Origin: Psammoneis japonica
Taxonomy: Eukaryota
Assembly (NCBI GenBank): GCA_008632985.1
Contig: QPGO01000129.1
Location: 1 to 64,000, forward strand
Length of the DNA stretch: 64,000 nt
Direction: 5' to 3'
This document shows, piece after piece, positions 12,681-25,818 of the stretch. The position numbers and the translations under genes were made by a program. The notes beneath the pieces are model-generated. The model was given only the letters and a program-made list of their open reading frames with translations. It had not been told where the DNA came from and did no database searches. Within the stretch, counting starts at the first letter, position 1. Every line of letters begins with the position of its first letter.

Positions 12681-12915
12681 CGCGCTCAATTTTTTTTGAA
12701 AATTCGCAGCATTGTGGTGGTCGTGGATCATGCCATGTGTGTCGTGTGAGACAAACCTTTGCACAAAGTGAGATGATGCTGCTGTGCGGGTGTCACGAAG
12801 CATCCTCTGAGATGCTGGAAATTGTTGTTGTCATTGCTGCTGCCACAGTTGACACATTTTCAATGCAACAGGTTGAAAGTTGCAAGCTTGAAATCCCCTC
12901 TCATCTTTGGCTGAA
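12681..12915 (+). repeat. Further mutated copy of the JmjC-locus upstream module
   Basis: Aligns with ~18923-19150 (CGCGCTC-polyT-GAAAATTCGCA; GTTGACACATTT..CAGGTTGAAAGT..AAGCTTGA vs GTTGATACATTT..CAGATTGAAAGT..AAGCTTGA). Confidence 0.75.
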
Positions 12916-15900
12916 GGTGCCACAAGAACACCTTCAACAAGGAGGCAAGCTGGAGGACAAGGCCGTGTTGATCGGCAAGCTGCTGGGCCAGTGTGAAGAA
13001 GAAAGCTGTGCACAGAAATGCAACATTTCGTGCACACTTGGACCTCCATTTTGAAAAACAAAACAAAAGCCAAAGAGGAGCTCATTGTGCTGGTTGTTGA
13101 GTGGGCAGCAGATGTTTTGTGAGCCTGCAGGGTTGATTGCAGCTGGCCTTGGCTGTTGTTTGCCGCACGCTGTTGTGTGACTCTGCACATGGCTGCATGT
13201 GGTTTTGTGCAGAAATGTGTGAGTGGGGTCATCTTTTTGTTTCTCTTTTCAAGGATGGGGCAAGCTCCAAAAAACAAGAAATGGGTGTGCACAGAGAGCT
13301 TTTTTTGCACTTAAAAAAAACAATTTCTTGAAGTCACACTCAGCACAACAAACTCCTTCTCTTCAACTCTGGTGGTTTCCACCAAAATCACAGTCATGCA
13401 AGTGGACACAAAAAATGCAATGTTCCATGCATGCCTCCACTCTTTGACATTGGAAAAATCAAAAGTTTGAGGTGTTTGTTGTGCCAAACATGAAGCAGGC
13501 TGCTCAACATGATGTTGCACCCACACTTGTGTCACCCAGAGCTGGAGCTGGCCAAAGGAAGCTTGAGCCTGTGCCCGGCTCTGGGGCAGATGCACTCCAG
13601 CCTGCAGGAGCAGGGGTTCATGCAATGCTGGGCCCACACAATTCTGCAAGCAATCTCAGAGGCCCAGTTGTCAAGCAATGAATGTGCCAACAATCTCCAA
13701 CAAGAGGAAGGCAATCATTTTGCAAATGCATGAACTCCTCAGCACTTGGAAAAGGGTGTCATTTCCAGCTTGCCCAGGTGTCTTCTTCAGACATTGAAGA
13801 CAATGCCTGGCACCCATCTTTGTTTTCATGACATGTGCCAGCCCTGGTGGGTGGCACTCTGGTGCTGTGTGACGTGGGCCCATCATGGAATTCTGTGTGG
13901 GCTGCAAGCTCCACAGTTTGCACACTGGACAATGAACACATTCATCTTTGACATTGAGTGAATGGCTGAGTTTGCAATGCAACTGCGCACCCCTTGGCAC
14001 TCAAAGTTTTGAAAATCCATGTGCCCCAGCCACACAACTCTGCAGATGTCAAAGAATTGCTTTGTGCAAAAAATGACAAAAGTTGTCAAATGGATTGCCC
14101 AATGACTGCACTGCCAAATGGCACAAGATGCCGCCAAAGTCACACAGAAATGAGTGTGCATGTGTGCAGCACACATGCAGCACATGATGCAACAAAAAAC
14201 CTCAATGCCACAGGTGAGTCCCAGCAGTGTGTGTGAGCTGGAGCAAATCTCACAAGTGGACAAAACAAAAAGCCTTTGGCTTTGCAAAGCAGGGAGCACA
14301 AAACAATTTTGAAGGAGATTGTGTGCAGAAATGTGCGCCACCAAAAAACATTCAAGTGGGGCAGCATGGCAGCATGATGAGGTTCACCCACCTGGAGCCA
14401 GCTGGAGCATGCCTTGATTGGGTGCAAGTGTGTGATGCAGAAGATTGCTCCATTCAAGGTGGTCCTTGGCAGCAAAGCTCAGAGTCTTGTGCCAACTTCC
14501 AGGTGCCTGCACTGCTTTAACTTGAACAGCATGCCATGCAGCTGTGGCAGTGATGACATGCCTGATGTGATTGCCAGCACACAGCAGCAACATCAGAGTG
14601 TGCATTGTGGTGATTGAGGCTGCCTGTCTTGCAGCAATTCATGCCATTGGGACTGCCCCCCCCCCTCCCATGAGGAAAACATGCACAAGCATTTTAACCC
14701 ACAAAAAAGTTTTTTGTGGAATGAATTTAATGTGCGCACTCTTCCTGCCACAGCTTGTTTCTTGTCTCCAGTGTTGCACCACAATCTGCACACATTGCAC
14801 AGCCAGGAGTTGCTTCCTGTTCAAGGAGTTTGCTGCAACTGCAGCTGCAACATCTCATTGTTCTCCCTGCACATCATGTGCAGAGTGTCAATTCAATGGC
14901 TCAAGGTGCATCAATTTTCAACTCACAATGTCATCACAAGAGGTTCTTCTTTTTGTGGCATGTGTGGGGTCCAAGTCTTCTGCTGTTCTCACACTGCCTT
15001 CTTTGTTCAGCGAGCATCCTTGCAGCCACGTTGAACTTTCCTCCCACCAAAAGGTGCACTGGTTCCTCCAAAGCCTCATGTGGTCTCTTTGGATGCATGT
15101 TCCTGCCCAGCAAAATGTGCTTCCTCAGCCCGTCTCTTTCCATGGACTCCCCCACGTCACATGCCAAAATGGCCCTTGAGCCATCATCTGTGCCAGGCAC
15201 ACTGCATCATCTTCTTGCACCTCAGTGTCCTCATGCATCCTTGCACCACACCACTTTGCTGCATTCTTGACAATCTTTGGGTTGATGAAGCAGGAAAGCA
15301 GCATTGCAGTGGCCTTGCATGTTGGAGATTTCCCATTTTCACTTGTGTGATTGTGTTTTTCACAATGTGCACCCTTCTGCTTGTGAAGGATGCAACACAC
15401 AACTGTTTCAGCAACAAACCATGCACCACAAAGGTCATGTGCTTGGTCATCAATCAAGGCTGGGAGACTGACATGCTTCAAAAAATGGAGACAAGGCTTG
15501 CCTGTTGGTGGGTCATCAAGGCCATCACCACCAGCAACAAGCTTGTGCATGAACTCAACCATGACCTTGATGTTGTGGTGGAGGCTGTGATGCTTCTGCC
15601 TCTCCTTCCCACCTCACCAGGTGTCAATGAGAACTCCAGAGCTTTCTCTGACTCTCTGTGTTGAAGAACAAATCCACCCTTTGCTGAAAAACAGGATCTC
15701 TTCATCTCCCCAACCACAAGCATTGACGCAAGAAACCACATGGCGCCAGGACAGCCAAGAGATTTTCTTGCAATGTTGTTGGTGCAGATGACTTCCACAA
15801 CATGTGGAACATGATGAAGCTTTGGCTTGGCTTGCAGCAAAGGAAGGGAAGCACTGTGAGCTCTGGAGAGGGGGGCAGCTTGTTCACTCCCCATGAGCCG

Positions 15901-17779
15901 CTTCTTTTAGAGGCACACACACATTGCAACCATGTTTTTGAGCTCAGCTCCATGCCAAAATCACCAGCAAAATGTTTCACACCATCACAGCCAACATTCT
16001 TGATGAAGACACATGAGGGATCGGGGTTGACCCCATTGGCTGACAGCCAAAATGGGGGGGCAAAGTCATTCAATGCCATGGCTGGTTGTCAACTGACTGG
16101 CAACAATGTGCAGAATGCACGAGAGTTGCAGCATTGCACACTCTGACTTTCCATTGTTTGAGGAGAGAGTGCACACTGTTGTGCAGAAAATTGTGCATGT
16201 AAAAAATGCTGAAAAAGCCACAGCCAACTGTGCTGTGCAAACCTGAAAAGTGTGAAGGACCAAGCAAAGGCTCGTTGTGGTGACTTGGGCATGCAAGGGC
16301 AGTGTGGTGCTGTGGGAGCACAGTGGACTGCACGCACACAAGGGCACATGTGTGTGGGAAAGACAAAGTTGAAACCAAGCTCAATTGAAGAGCACAAGCA
16401 CCAGAAAAACTAAATTGTGTGACATGAAAAAGGCAAAAATCCAAACCAAACTGAGTGGTGCATGCATTTGGCCAAAGCTTGTGTTGGGAAAGCTGACTCT
16501 GACATGAGCTGAAACATGTTGTGAAGCAAACGCACTCCCGCTGAATGCTGTCACTGACACTTTGTGCACTTGGGCAGCCAAAGGTTTTGGCGAGTGCTCT
16601 GATGGGTCAAAAAAAGAGAAAAGTGCAGGCAAGGCATTTGTGCAGCAGCAACTTGCCCCCCGGGGCTGGCAGATGTGATGCTGAGCAGATTGCCCAGCAA
16701 AAACTGGCCCAAAAAGGAGAGTTGGGAGCCTCAAAAGGGAGCTGTCTTGAGAGGCGGAGTGCAGCAGGATCAACTCCCAACTCTTCCAGCCCCCTGTGCC
16801 AGCAGTGCTGTGAGATTTGCGTGGACATGCACGTGTGCAACAACACATGTGTTGAGTCAAGCACATTTGTGTGTGCCACAGCCTGTGTGGTTTCCTCAAG
16901 TTTTTCCTCCTTCTGCCATGGGCACTTGTGTGCAACATGTGCAAATTTCAGCAAAATTGCACACAAACAAAAATTGCAGCCAAAGAGCATGGTGCAAACT
17001 GACGAGTGATCAGATCCAATCTGAAAAGTCTCTGAAGAAAAATGGCTGTCAAACAATGCATGCCGATCTGCCTGCTGCTGGTGCCAGTGCTCTCAGATTT
17101 GACAACTGCACACAACATTTGTGTTGAAAATTTCTTGTTGCTCACAAGACAGTGTTCATTGAACTTGTGAAATGTTTGACATGCAAACCAACACACTGAC
17201 ATGGGATTGAGACATTTTAGACAGAAGTGCCTGAAGCTCATTGAACACATTGTTTGGACATCTTTTTCCAGCAGCTTTCAAGTGTTGTCATTCGGACACA
17301 TTTTCTGATGTCAAGTGCATTTTGAGCAGTGCCTCTTGGCACCACCATAATTTGACACAGCATTGGGACATCTGTTTTTGCAAACAAGATTTGTGACACA
17401 AGTGCCCAGGGCCTGGCACAAAGATTCTTGATGGAAAGTCTGCATGAGAGTGCCCCAGTCATGCTGGCTGGTCCGATTTGCAATCGCGCTGAATTGTTGT
17501 GTTGTTTCCATGTTGTTGGGCTTTCATCCTGCCAGTCCTCATAAAATGCATTTCATTGGGAGGAAGCTGAGCATGAGAAGAAATTCATGTGCAAGAGAGT
17601 TGTGCTGTTGCTTGCTTTTGCTCTCTGTGGGGCAGGCGACATCAGAGGTGTCAGCGGAGTTCAAACCAAAGGAACCCACATCCTCCAATGCAAGCAAGAA
17701 TGCAAGAGCAAACTGTTGCGGGGATGGTTGTCTTTTGTTGGTTGGTGCTTGTTCTCACAATTTCTTCTTTCTTTTGTGC

Positions 17780-18860
17780 TTTCACCTTTCCATCAAAGAA
17801 TGTGTTGAATGAAGAAGTTCATGACACTGAAGAAACCCCCGAGAGGGAGGAAGCTGATGGCAAGCTTGTTCATGAGATGCCACAGTGTGCTGATTGCCAG
17901 TTTTGCTTTCTGACAGCTCCCATGCATCACAAGTGCATTTCAGGATCCTTGTCCTCCCAAGGGAGAATGTTGCAGAGCACACACACACCCCCCACCCAAA
18001 TGTGCCATCATCAGTGAAAAGGATTGTGAAGGCAAAGGAGGGCGCCGCACTGGAGACAGGATAAAATGCCGGGCCAACAACTGCCCAAAAGCTTTTGGAG
18101 CCTGCTGTGACCCCCATCCAGATGGACAATGCTTCCTCTTGAGGCCAGCTTTTTGCACATTGAAGAAAGGTGTGTCCAGGATCCACGACAAGCAACGGCG
18201 GTCAATGTTCACTCACATCACTCACACCTGCTGTTCAGCACAATGCGGCTGGTGCAAAATGATCTGTGAAAAGCAAAGAGATGCTCTGAGTGCTTCTGTG
18301 TTCATCAGCAGCCAGGAAGCACCTGCCTGCCCCCTTTCCCTGCCACCCCCGATCTGCGAGCTGGCATTTTCTTGGTGCTGACCTGGCATTGAAAAGAGGC
18401 CACAGCTGCAACAGCATTGCAGCAGAAATGCTGGCCAGGAATGCCATTTCAGTTGTGTCAACACTGGACATTGTGACATTGGGGCTCTTGATGACTGATG
18501 CTTTGGCTGCCTCTGCTCTGCCACAAGCGGCTCTCTCACTTCCTTCATCCTTGAAAGCTGTTCAAGGGAGCATGGCTCCTCCACTGCTTCGAGAAAGCAA
18601 GTTTCCAGAGTCAAACTCAAGTGGTTCTTTGAACCATTGCTGCAAGATGGGTGTCAACCCACAACAGAACAAACACTTTGACCCTGCCAGGGGCTGCAAA
18701 ACTTGCCAGCTAGTGGAAGCTGCCTGTGCCCTGTCGTCGAGCTTCTTCTTGTTCATGAGACTTTTCTCGCTGTTTTTCTCTGCGAAGAAGAAAGTGTCAT
18801 CTGCAGGATCCACAGATGACACTGAGCTGTCACTGGCAATGGCGATCAGTCCCTGCCGGT
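17780..18860 (-). pseudogene. Probable eroded gene divergent from JmjC
   Basis: ORFs 18562-18822, 18235-18471 and 17782-18195 read as one frame broken only by TGA codons (consistent with CGA->TGA); family not recognised. Confidence 0.4.
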
Positions 18861-19231
18861 AGATCGATGTGTAGATGCAATGAATGCGATGATTGGCACA
18901 TCGGCACCCCCATCAGAAATTTCGCGCTCTTTTTCTTTTGCGAATTCGCATCGTCATGGTCGCGGATCGCGGACGATTTGAGTCGTGCGAGAGAAACAGC
19001 CGCATCTTTTCTCTCGCGCTTCGCGTGAAGCTCTAGAGAGCTTGGCGACGCGAAGTATCCGCCCAGTTGTCGTCGTTGCTGATTCCGTCGTCGTTGATAC
19101 ATTTAACGCAGCAGATTGAAAGTAAGAAGCTTGAGACCCCCCTTATCCTTCTTTTGTGAAATTGATTGGAGATACAACATCCTTAAAGTATATAGGAGAA
19201 GTCGTCGGATTGAATTGTGAACTGAAGAGAA

Positions 19232-21242
19232 ATGGCGGTGGCTGCAAAGTGTTGTCGGGCATCATTATGGGCGATTGCTATGCTTCTCTCAGTGAAGGTT
19301 AGAAAAATAACCTCCCTGATTGAAGCCCCTGCACTGAAAGACAAACACAGGCGTAAGGAATCACCGCATCATTCCCGTGGTGTTTCTTCGCAGAAACCCG
19401 GGCTGAGCACGACGGCCCTCCGCGATGCAACTTTTCGCTTGAGCTTGGACTCCTTTCCGAGCGTGGCGGTGATATGAAGGACGAAATTGAGCACTGCGAA
19501 GTTCTCGTGGGTTGCGCTGGAATCACTTTTTACCGGAATCGGCAGCACGACGACGACGATGCTAGCTTTATGGTTCACAACTTTATTCCGAAGGGAATTG
19601 CTACAACGGACGAAGCTGATTGCAGTGCCAACGACGATATCAAGATTGACAACGACGAACAGGATTGGAGACGAATTTATCGTAGCAAAAAGAATTTGTG
19701 CTACATAAGGGAAGGCTGGACAGCAAACATCACGGTGCCGACATACAATCCCATTCCTCGGTTTAGACGAAGCGAAATACTGGTGTCAAACCAATCCGGA
19801 TTGCGTTGGCTTTACCTTTCCAATAGAATCAACGCGCTTGGCTGTAGCAGAAAATATGACATTCTTCACCTCCATTTCAACCATACGTCGTGACGACGGT
19901 AGCTTGAACCAATGGCGAAGCTACATTTCCAACAATCCCGACAGAGCCGGCAACATTGTTTTTCAAAACATCAAACTCATTCACGACGAACTGACCGACC
20001 CGTACAGAACGAAACACTGCTGCACTCGTACAGAGCCTTGCCATCGCTAAAGGAGTTGAAAGCGATGGACAAGTTGGAGAGAGTGTCTTGCGAAAGCCTC
20101 TCCAAAGCTGACTTTCGAGCTCGGTACGAATCAACCCGCCAACCCGTGATCCTCGTGGGGTGCGACTCGACATGGCCCGCTTCACATAACTGGACGCCGC
20201 AACAATTATTCAAACGATTTCGTAATGAAACCAACTTTGTTGGTAGATTTCACAAGAGACTCGGCTATGCTTACAGTATCGAAACCTTGGGTTGGATTGC
20301 AGACGCCATGGCATCGGGTGAAGAATACTACGTTTTTGATAACCTATTATCCGATCCCAGCATTTTCTCGCTTCGCAATGATTTTGAATCAGAACCGGGT
20401 CCGATTGAAGACATGTATCTCAAGCTTGAGGATTTTCCTCCTGGGTATGGCCCGTCACGTTGGTTTACCTTTGGAGGTCCCGGCTCTGGGCTGGTAAGTA
20501 CAGACACAAATGATACAAGTAACAACGGCTTGGTGGGACGAATTGTTGCCGAATCGTATCCAACGAAGCATTCCGTTTTGTTTGTTGACAGCCGCCTCAC
20601 TCTGACCCGATTGCGAGTGATACGTGGAACTACTTGGCTTATGGTCAAAAGTGGTGGGTGCTGTATCCGCTGGAAGAGGAAGACGACCACGACAACTTGC
20701 ATTGCGATGACCGTTGCTCGGCGTACATGTGGAATACAGCGCATTGGTTTGCAACTGTGGGAATCAATGCCGCAAGGAATGAATACGATGCCACAGATGA
20801 TAAAAAGAGACCCATCCATGTCTTACAGAAACCGGGTGAAATCTTGTACATTCCAAATGGTATGGTTCACGCCGAAATGAATCTTGCCCATTCCACAGCC
20901 GTGGCTGCGCTCTTTGCCTCGACACAAAATTTGGAGGCTGTTTGGGGCACTATTGTTGGTCTAGGAGCTGATAAACATTGGAGACGTGTATACTATGGAG
21001 GCATTTTGAACAAGGAACAACGCAGGGTCGTTCGCGACGTCAGCTACGAGTGGCCGCCAGTCGCTGGAGACATGTACTATTTTGACGGCCCGTTTCTTGA
21101 CCCCGCAAAAAGATTAGGAAAAGAAGCAGATGAATACCGGGAATATGATGATGATGATGAAATGTGGGAGGACGACGACGAAATCTGGGACGAAGACATA
21201 GACGATGACGACGCATGGGAGGAGTACTGGGATATAGTTTGA
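19232..21242 (+). CDS. JmjC-domain 2OG oxygenase (JMJD6/JMJD8-like) with N-terminal Cys-containing repeats; frameshifted as assembled
   Basis: RWFTFGGPGSGL|PPHSDP (HxD), YGQKWWVLYP, LQKPGEILYIPNGMVHAEMNL; intron 20494-20591; acidic tail; frameshifts near 19745 and 20040; start codon uncertain. Confidence 0.85.
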
Positions 21243-21629
21243 AATGCGGAGCCACCACTGGATGATTGCGTACTGCTAGGGATTCTCCTTAGATGGTAAG
21301 GCGTCTCTAGAGAGAGAGAGGCTAGAATCCTAGTATTCTGTTTTTACGTTTGTTGAAGCTAGAGTCTTTCGGAGTGGTGATAATTTTCTTTGGCTTCTTC
21401 AAAGGAGCGATGCTCGAAGCATGTTTTGGTTTCGCGCCATAATTTCGAAAAATTGACTGCGGTACAATGAACAACACAAATTCGTATGTAGAATTCGTAC
21501 GAGTTGCTACACAGAAATCCGAGTATCATTTTTGTCAGCATCACACTCCTGTTGTTGCAAATAACGCGTTGTCGAGATCTAAGTTGTTTGATTCTTCGTC
21601 TCTTATGCCATTTTGGCAAAGCAGACACA

Positions 21630-24600
21630 ATGCCCAGTACAGAATCCATATCTAAAGAAGAAGCCGAAGCAGGAAAGGCCTATCGGTGCTCCTGTGAATA
21701 AAGATCCGAAAGCAACGACTTCAACTGCGACAACAGCTCGTCCTAATGCTGTACCGGTAGCTACGAAACCTACTCATAATGCATTGGAGTACCAAGCAAG
21801 AAAACCGAGGCCATAAACCCTTCAAAACGACCTCTTAAGCCAGTCTCCAAGAACAATCAGTCCAAAGCTTCAAACCCACGCAAGTCGTTCAAGGCGCAAT
21901 TGAAACAAGAAATCAAACAGATGAAGCGAGCCAAGGAGTTGGAGAAGCAACGCAAGATTCAGCAGGAACTAGATCGTAAGCGTGCTATCGAAAAGGAAAA
22001 GCGGGACAAAGAATTGAAGATACTTTTGGAACAACACGAAAGAGAGAGACTCGAGAAACAGAGGCAACGAGAGCTAATCGAAAAAGAAAAGGAAAAACAG
22101 CGACTTGAAAAAGAAAAGGAGAAACAGCTTAAATATCAACAGCATATGCAAGCTCAGTGGCTGGCAGCTCAGCAGGAGCAGCAGCCGACTATGCCTTGGC
22201 AAGGCAACGGCTCGTATGGTATGCCGTATGGTGCGATACCCTATGGTGCTCCGATCCACCGGGCGCCGCTTGCCCCCTACCCACACAATCCAACGGTTCA
22301 TCCAAGCGGAGCACCTTTTCTTCCGAATCAATCTATATCACCACTGACAGTTACGGACACTTCACAAGGTTATGCCAGAGCTGCGGCCAACGCGACTGAA
22401 CCTGTTACCCCGACGGTGTTCTCCACACAGCCAAACCCCAAGACGCCGAGCACGAGTTCAATCGGCACGATGTCAAGCGCTGGTGAAGAGAAAGCGGTTT
22501 CGATTCAAAAGTCTGTATTATCCACTAATTCACCAAGTGAAGATGGCCGAGTTACGACGAAAATGGAAGCACAGTCAGAGTCTTCGACCCAGCCGCTTAT
22601 GGATTCGAGGACCACCGCATCATTGACAAACACGCCCGGAACAAAAATCTCGGCTGACCCAGCTGCAGCTACAGATACTCCAACCGCATCTACAGTAGTT
22701 GTGGTGACTCCATTGACCACCTTTTCTCGAGACAACTTGCCTTGCACTCTGCCTAGTGCTCACTGCCACAGCATAAAAGGCCGGCTGCCGTGTACTTCTC
22801 CATCTTCGGCGATAGTCCCTGTCCCCCGCTACAACGATGAGGTGGTTTCAAGAGGTGATTCGAGAAACAATGAACCATCACATCATAGGGCGGCAACTTT
22901 GCCAACTTCGATTGACAAAGTGGCGATTTCAGCTCCTCAATCCGCTGCGAGCCAGGCACTGCTACGGCCTATGTTATCACAAGCCCCCGTTCCTCAACGT
23001 GAATCTCAGGAACAGCGCGCATTCGGACTGAAGCATATGGTCTCGGGTCCCTTTTCTTATGGAACATTACCTCCGCCACACTTCCACCCACCGTGGGGGC
23101 ATTTTCCAGGCGTGCCACCTTTGCCATTTAGTAGTAGTGTCCTTGGCGCATATCCTCATCCTGCTGGAGCAATGGGTGGCCCTGTTGCCCCGATGCACCC
23201 GATTGCATATCCGACGGCGCCTCCCCAAACGAAAAGACAGCCTAAACCAAAACCCCAGGTACTTCATGCCGATCCAATGTCACATCCTTCACCATATGCC
23301 GATAGCCATGTACTTGTTGCGGAACCGATCATCATCACCAAGGCTCGTGGAGGCTCTTTTGGGGTCACAGTCAAGTACGAGATGCAAAGCACGCTGGTGG
23401 AGCCTCCTCCTACGGTTCTTACGCCAAACTCGGCTTCAACTGTCCAAGTAGCGCCCGTGGTACCAAAACGAGAGGTTGATGCACCCTCACAAGCTAGTAC
23501 CGCCGCGCCTATCGTGAAGCCTGTAATCAATGAGACTGCATCGGCACCCAAAAGTTCTCAATCTGAGGTGGAAAAGAAACAGGTCGTCGACGCTGATCGT
23601 AATGCATCCATGGATATCCAAACTGAGAAAAATTTGTCGAACCTGTCCACGAGCGTCCCTCCGAAAAAACAACGCCGACCTCGTCGTACGCGGGTTTTCT
23701 TTGGTACAATGGGTGTTGCGAATGTATCGAAGCAATACGCTGGAAAAGATACCATTGATCCAAAGGCAAGGTTGCAACCTGGTGATATAATTTTGAAGAT
23801 CAACGGACAAAGTACGGCTGGGTTGCTTTTTTCCGAAGCGTGTACGCTCTTTGCCACGGACGTTGCGCCTTCAGCACCTGCACATACTGATCAGCAGGAG
23901 ATTAAGTGCGCTGTTGAGGTCGCAAGGCTCGTACGGAAGCCAACACAAGGTGCCGTTCCCGGCACAATAGTCAACCAAGGAGTCCAGAATGGTTTTGGTA
24001 CTCTGCTCCAGCCAACAAAGGATGAGCCTGTCGCTCCACCGATTCCCAAGATACCGTTGTTCATAGACAAAGGTAGAACTAAAGTGTTGTCTGGGGAGTT
24101 TTCAAACCCGGAAATGACAGCATTGATCAAAGCGGTAGTCGCTTCTCTTGGTCGTGCCGACCGTGTCTTGGGTTTCGAATCGTCGTTGCAGAGTTTTGAC
24201 CATCAGCGCAGGCAATACTCAGCGTTGGATCGACGCGACCTTGACACTCTGAAGCTACGATGGTCTCACGAGACCTACTATGCCACTTCGACAGCGGCAT
24301 CCGTTGCACGTGACTACTGGATGAGCGAGTGGAAAAAGGAGCTGTCTCGATCCAACTCCGATGATGCGGGTGTGCCATTTCAGTTCTTGTCAGACGCACA
24401 GCGGTGTAGTATGCGCGCCTTGCCGAGACCTGCAAACGGATGCAAGTGCAGAAGCTCCAATCACCAACACGTACACGACCTAAATTGTGTGCTATATCGC
24501 AACATTCGGCACTTGAGAAAGCCTGTTAGGTTGACTACCGAATCATCATCTCCAGGCGTCAAGAAAAGCCGCTTACCAAAGAATTTGAATGCTGTTGAAA

Positions 24601-25774
24601 CTGCGTACAAGGACCGTTTCTTGAAGCTTCGAAGTGAGCAGGAGTTGGATCGTGATGAAGCTAGATTTGTACAAGAAATGGAAGAGATTCAACTGAAACA
24701 GTTGAAAATGGCTGTATTCCCTCCTTCCCTTACGGCAATGGTACTAACTGCAGTGGTCGAAACTGCTGACGAAAGTAGCGAGGAAGCGGAAGAAATTGAA
24801 ATTACAATGCAAAACTCGAAACAGAATGAAGTTGCGAAGACAAGCGTCGTGACAGAGTCTATCAATGACGACAGTGATAGTTCAGATGACGAAGACGACG
24901 ACCTGCCTCTGGTTGCGTTAGGAAAGCGTAATGTATCTGGATCGTCCTCTCCTCCTTTGGCCAAGAAGGCGAAAGTCGAGACTGCCAACCTGAGTTTCAA
25001 TTTGGATTTCTTATGTAGGGTATTGCGGCGAATTAGCCAAACTTGGGGCCACGTATTCATGGAACCGTCTCACATTGACTATGCATGGTGAGTGTGACGA
25101 TACACTTGCTTCCTACTATGAAATATTTTGACCTTAAATAACAAGACTCTTTGCTTTCTTTTGTTAGGAAATGGGAAGTTTATCGAGGCCAAACTGGTCA
25201 TCATGTTGGATACGGCGAAGCGAAAAAGAACCCAAGAGCTCCTGAGTCGCTTTCTTTCGAGAACGTCAAGTTTGCTTTGGAAGGAAAGAAGTTCTCTAGT
25301 TTAGCCAAGTTTGAACCGGAATCATTAGGCTACATGCCCACCGCGTCAGATCCAATCACTCCCGAAACTAAAGACTTGGCATTGTTGACTCACCTCCTTT
25401 CACCACTGGGGACTGGTCTCTATGATGAGCTTGCTGCTCTTGTACGTTTAAAAGTGCTTCAGGTGACTCCTCGTGGAATCGCAACGTTGGCCAAGGATTG
25501 GTACACAAACGTTGACCCGCTGCTTCTCGAAGACATGCACGAAAAGTGGTCCGTTTCGTCTCCCACAAATCACGAGTGCTTTTGCGTCTCGGATCTTGTA
25601 AGAACAACTCTGGAGAAGAATTGGATAAAGGTTTCAGGTGGCTGGGCGTTTGCGGACAATCCAGAGGATGTGGTCTATGAAGATGAGGAATACAGCGAGT
25701 GGCGGCGTTCTTTCCAAGACGATCATCAAGCACAAGCAGACAATGCCGAAGGAATCGGCAAGTTTGGTTTCTAG
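21630..25774 (+). CDS. Large low-complexity protein with coiled coil and PDZ-like domain
   Basis: 1063-aa ORF plus last exon (intron ~25089-25168); GGSFGVTV and LQPGDIILKINGQS PDZ-like motifs; apparent 1-nt frameshifts near 21634 and 21780 (VQNPYLKKK N-terminus). Confidence 0.78.
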
Positions 25775-25818
25775 TTTTATTTTACAGTATAGTTTGAGTC
25801 CCCCTTTTCTCTGAGAAG

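Larger units (their letters stand above)
9170..18830. other. TpA/CpG-erased domain D2 (dead gene duplicates and unidentified repeats)
   Basis: About 21 TA in ~9.6 kb, versus 19 TA in 300 bp of CPSF2 (961-1260); CG also sparse; ORFs almost devoid of Tyr. Confidence 0.92.

Noticed and set aside
9170..18830. Dozens of 60-200 aa Cys/His-rich ORFs as metal-binding or toxin genes
   Set aside because: They overlap in all six frames and are explained by loss of TAA/TAG and gain of TG/CA
9170..18830. Classical fungal RIP
   Set aside because: RIP raises TpA and lowers CpA; the opposite is seen, and the partner copy is unmutated
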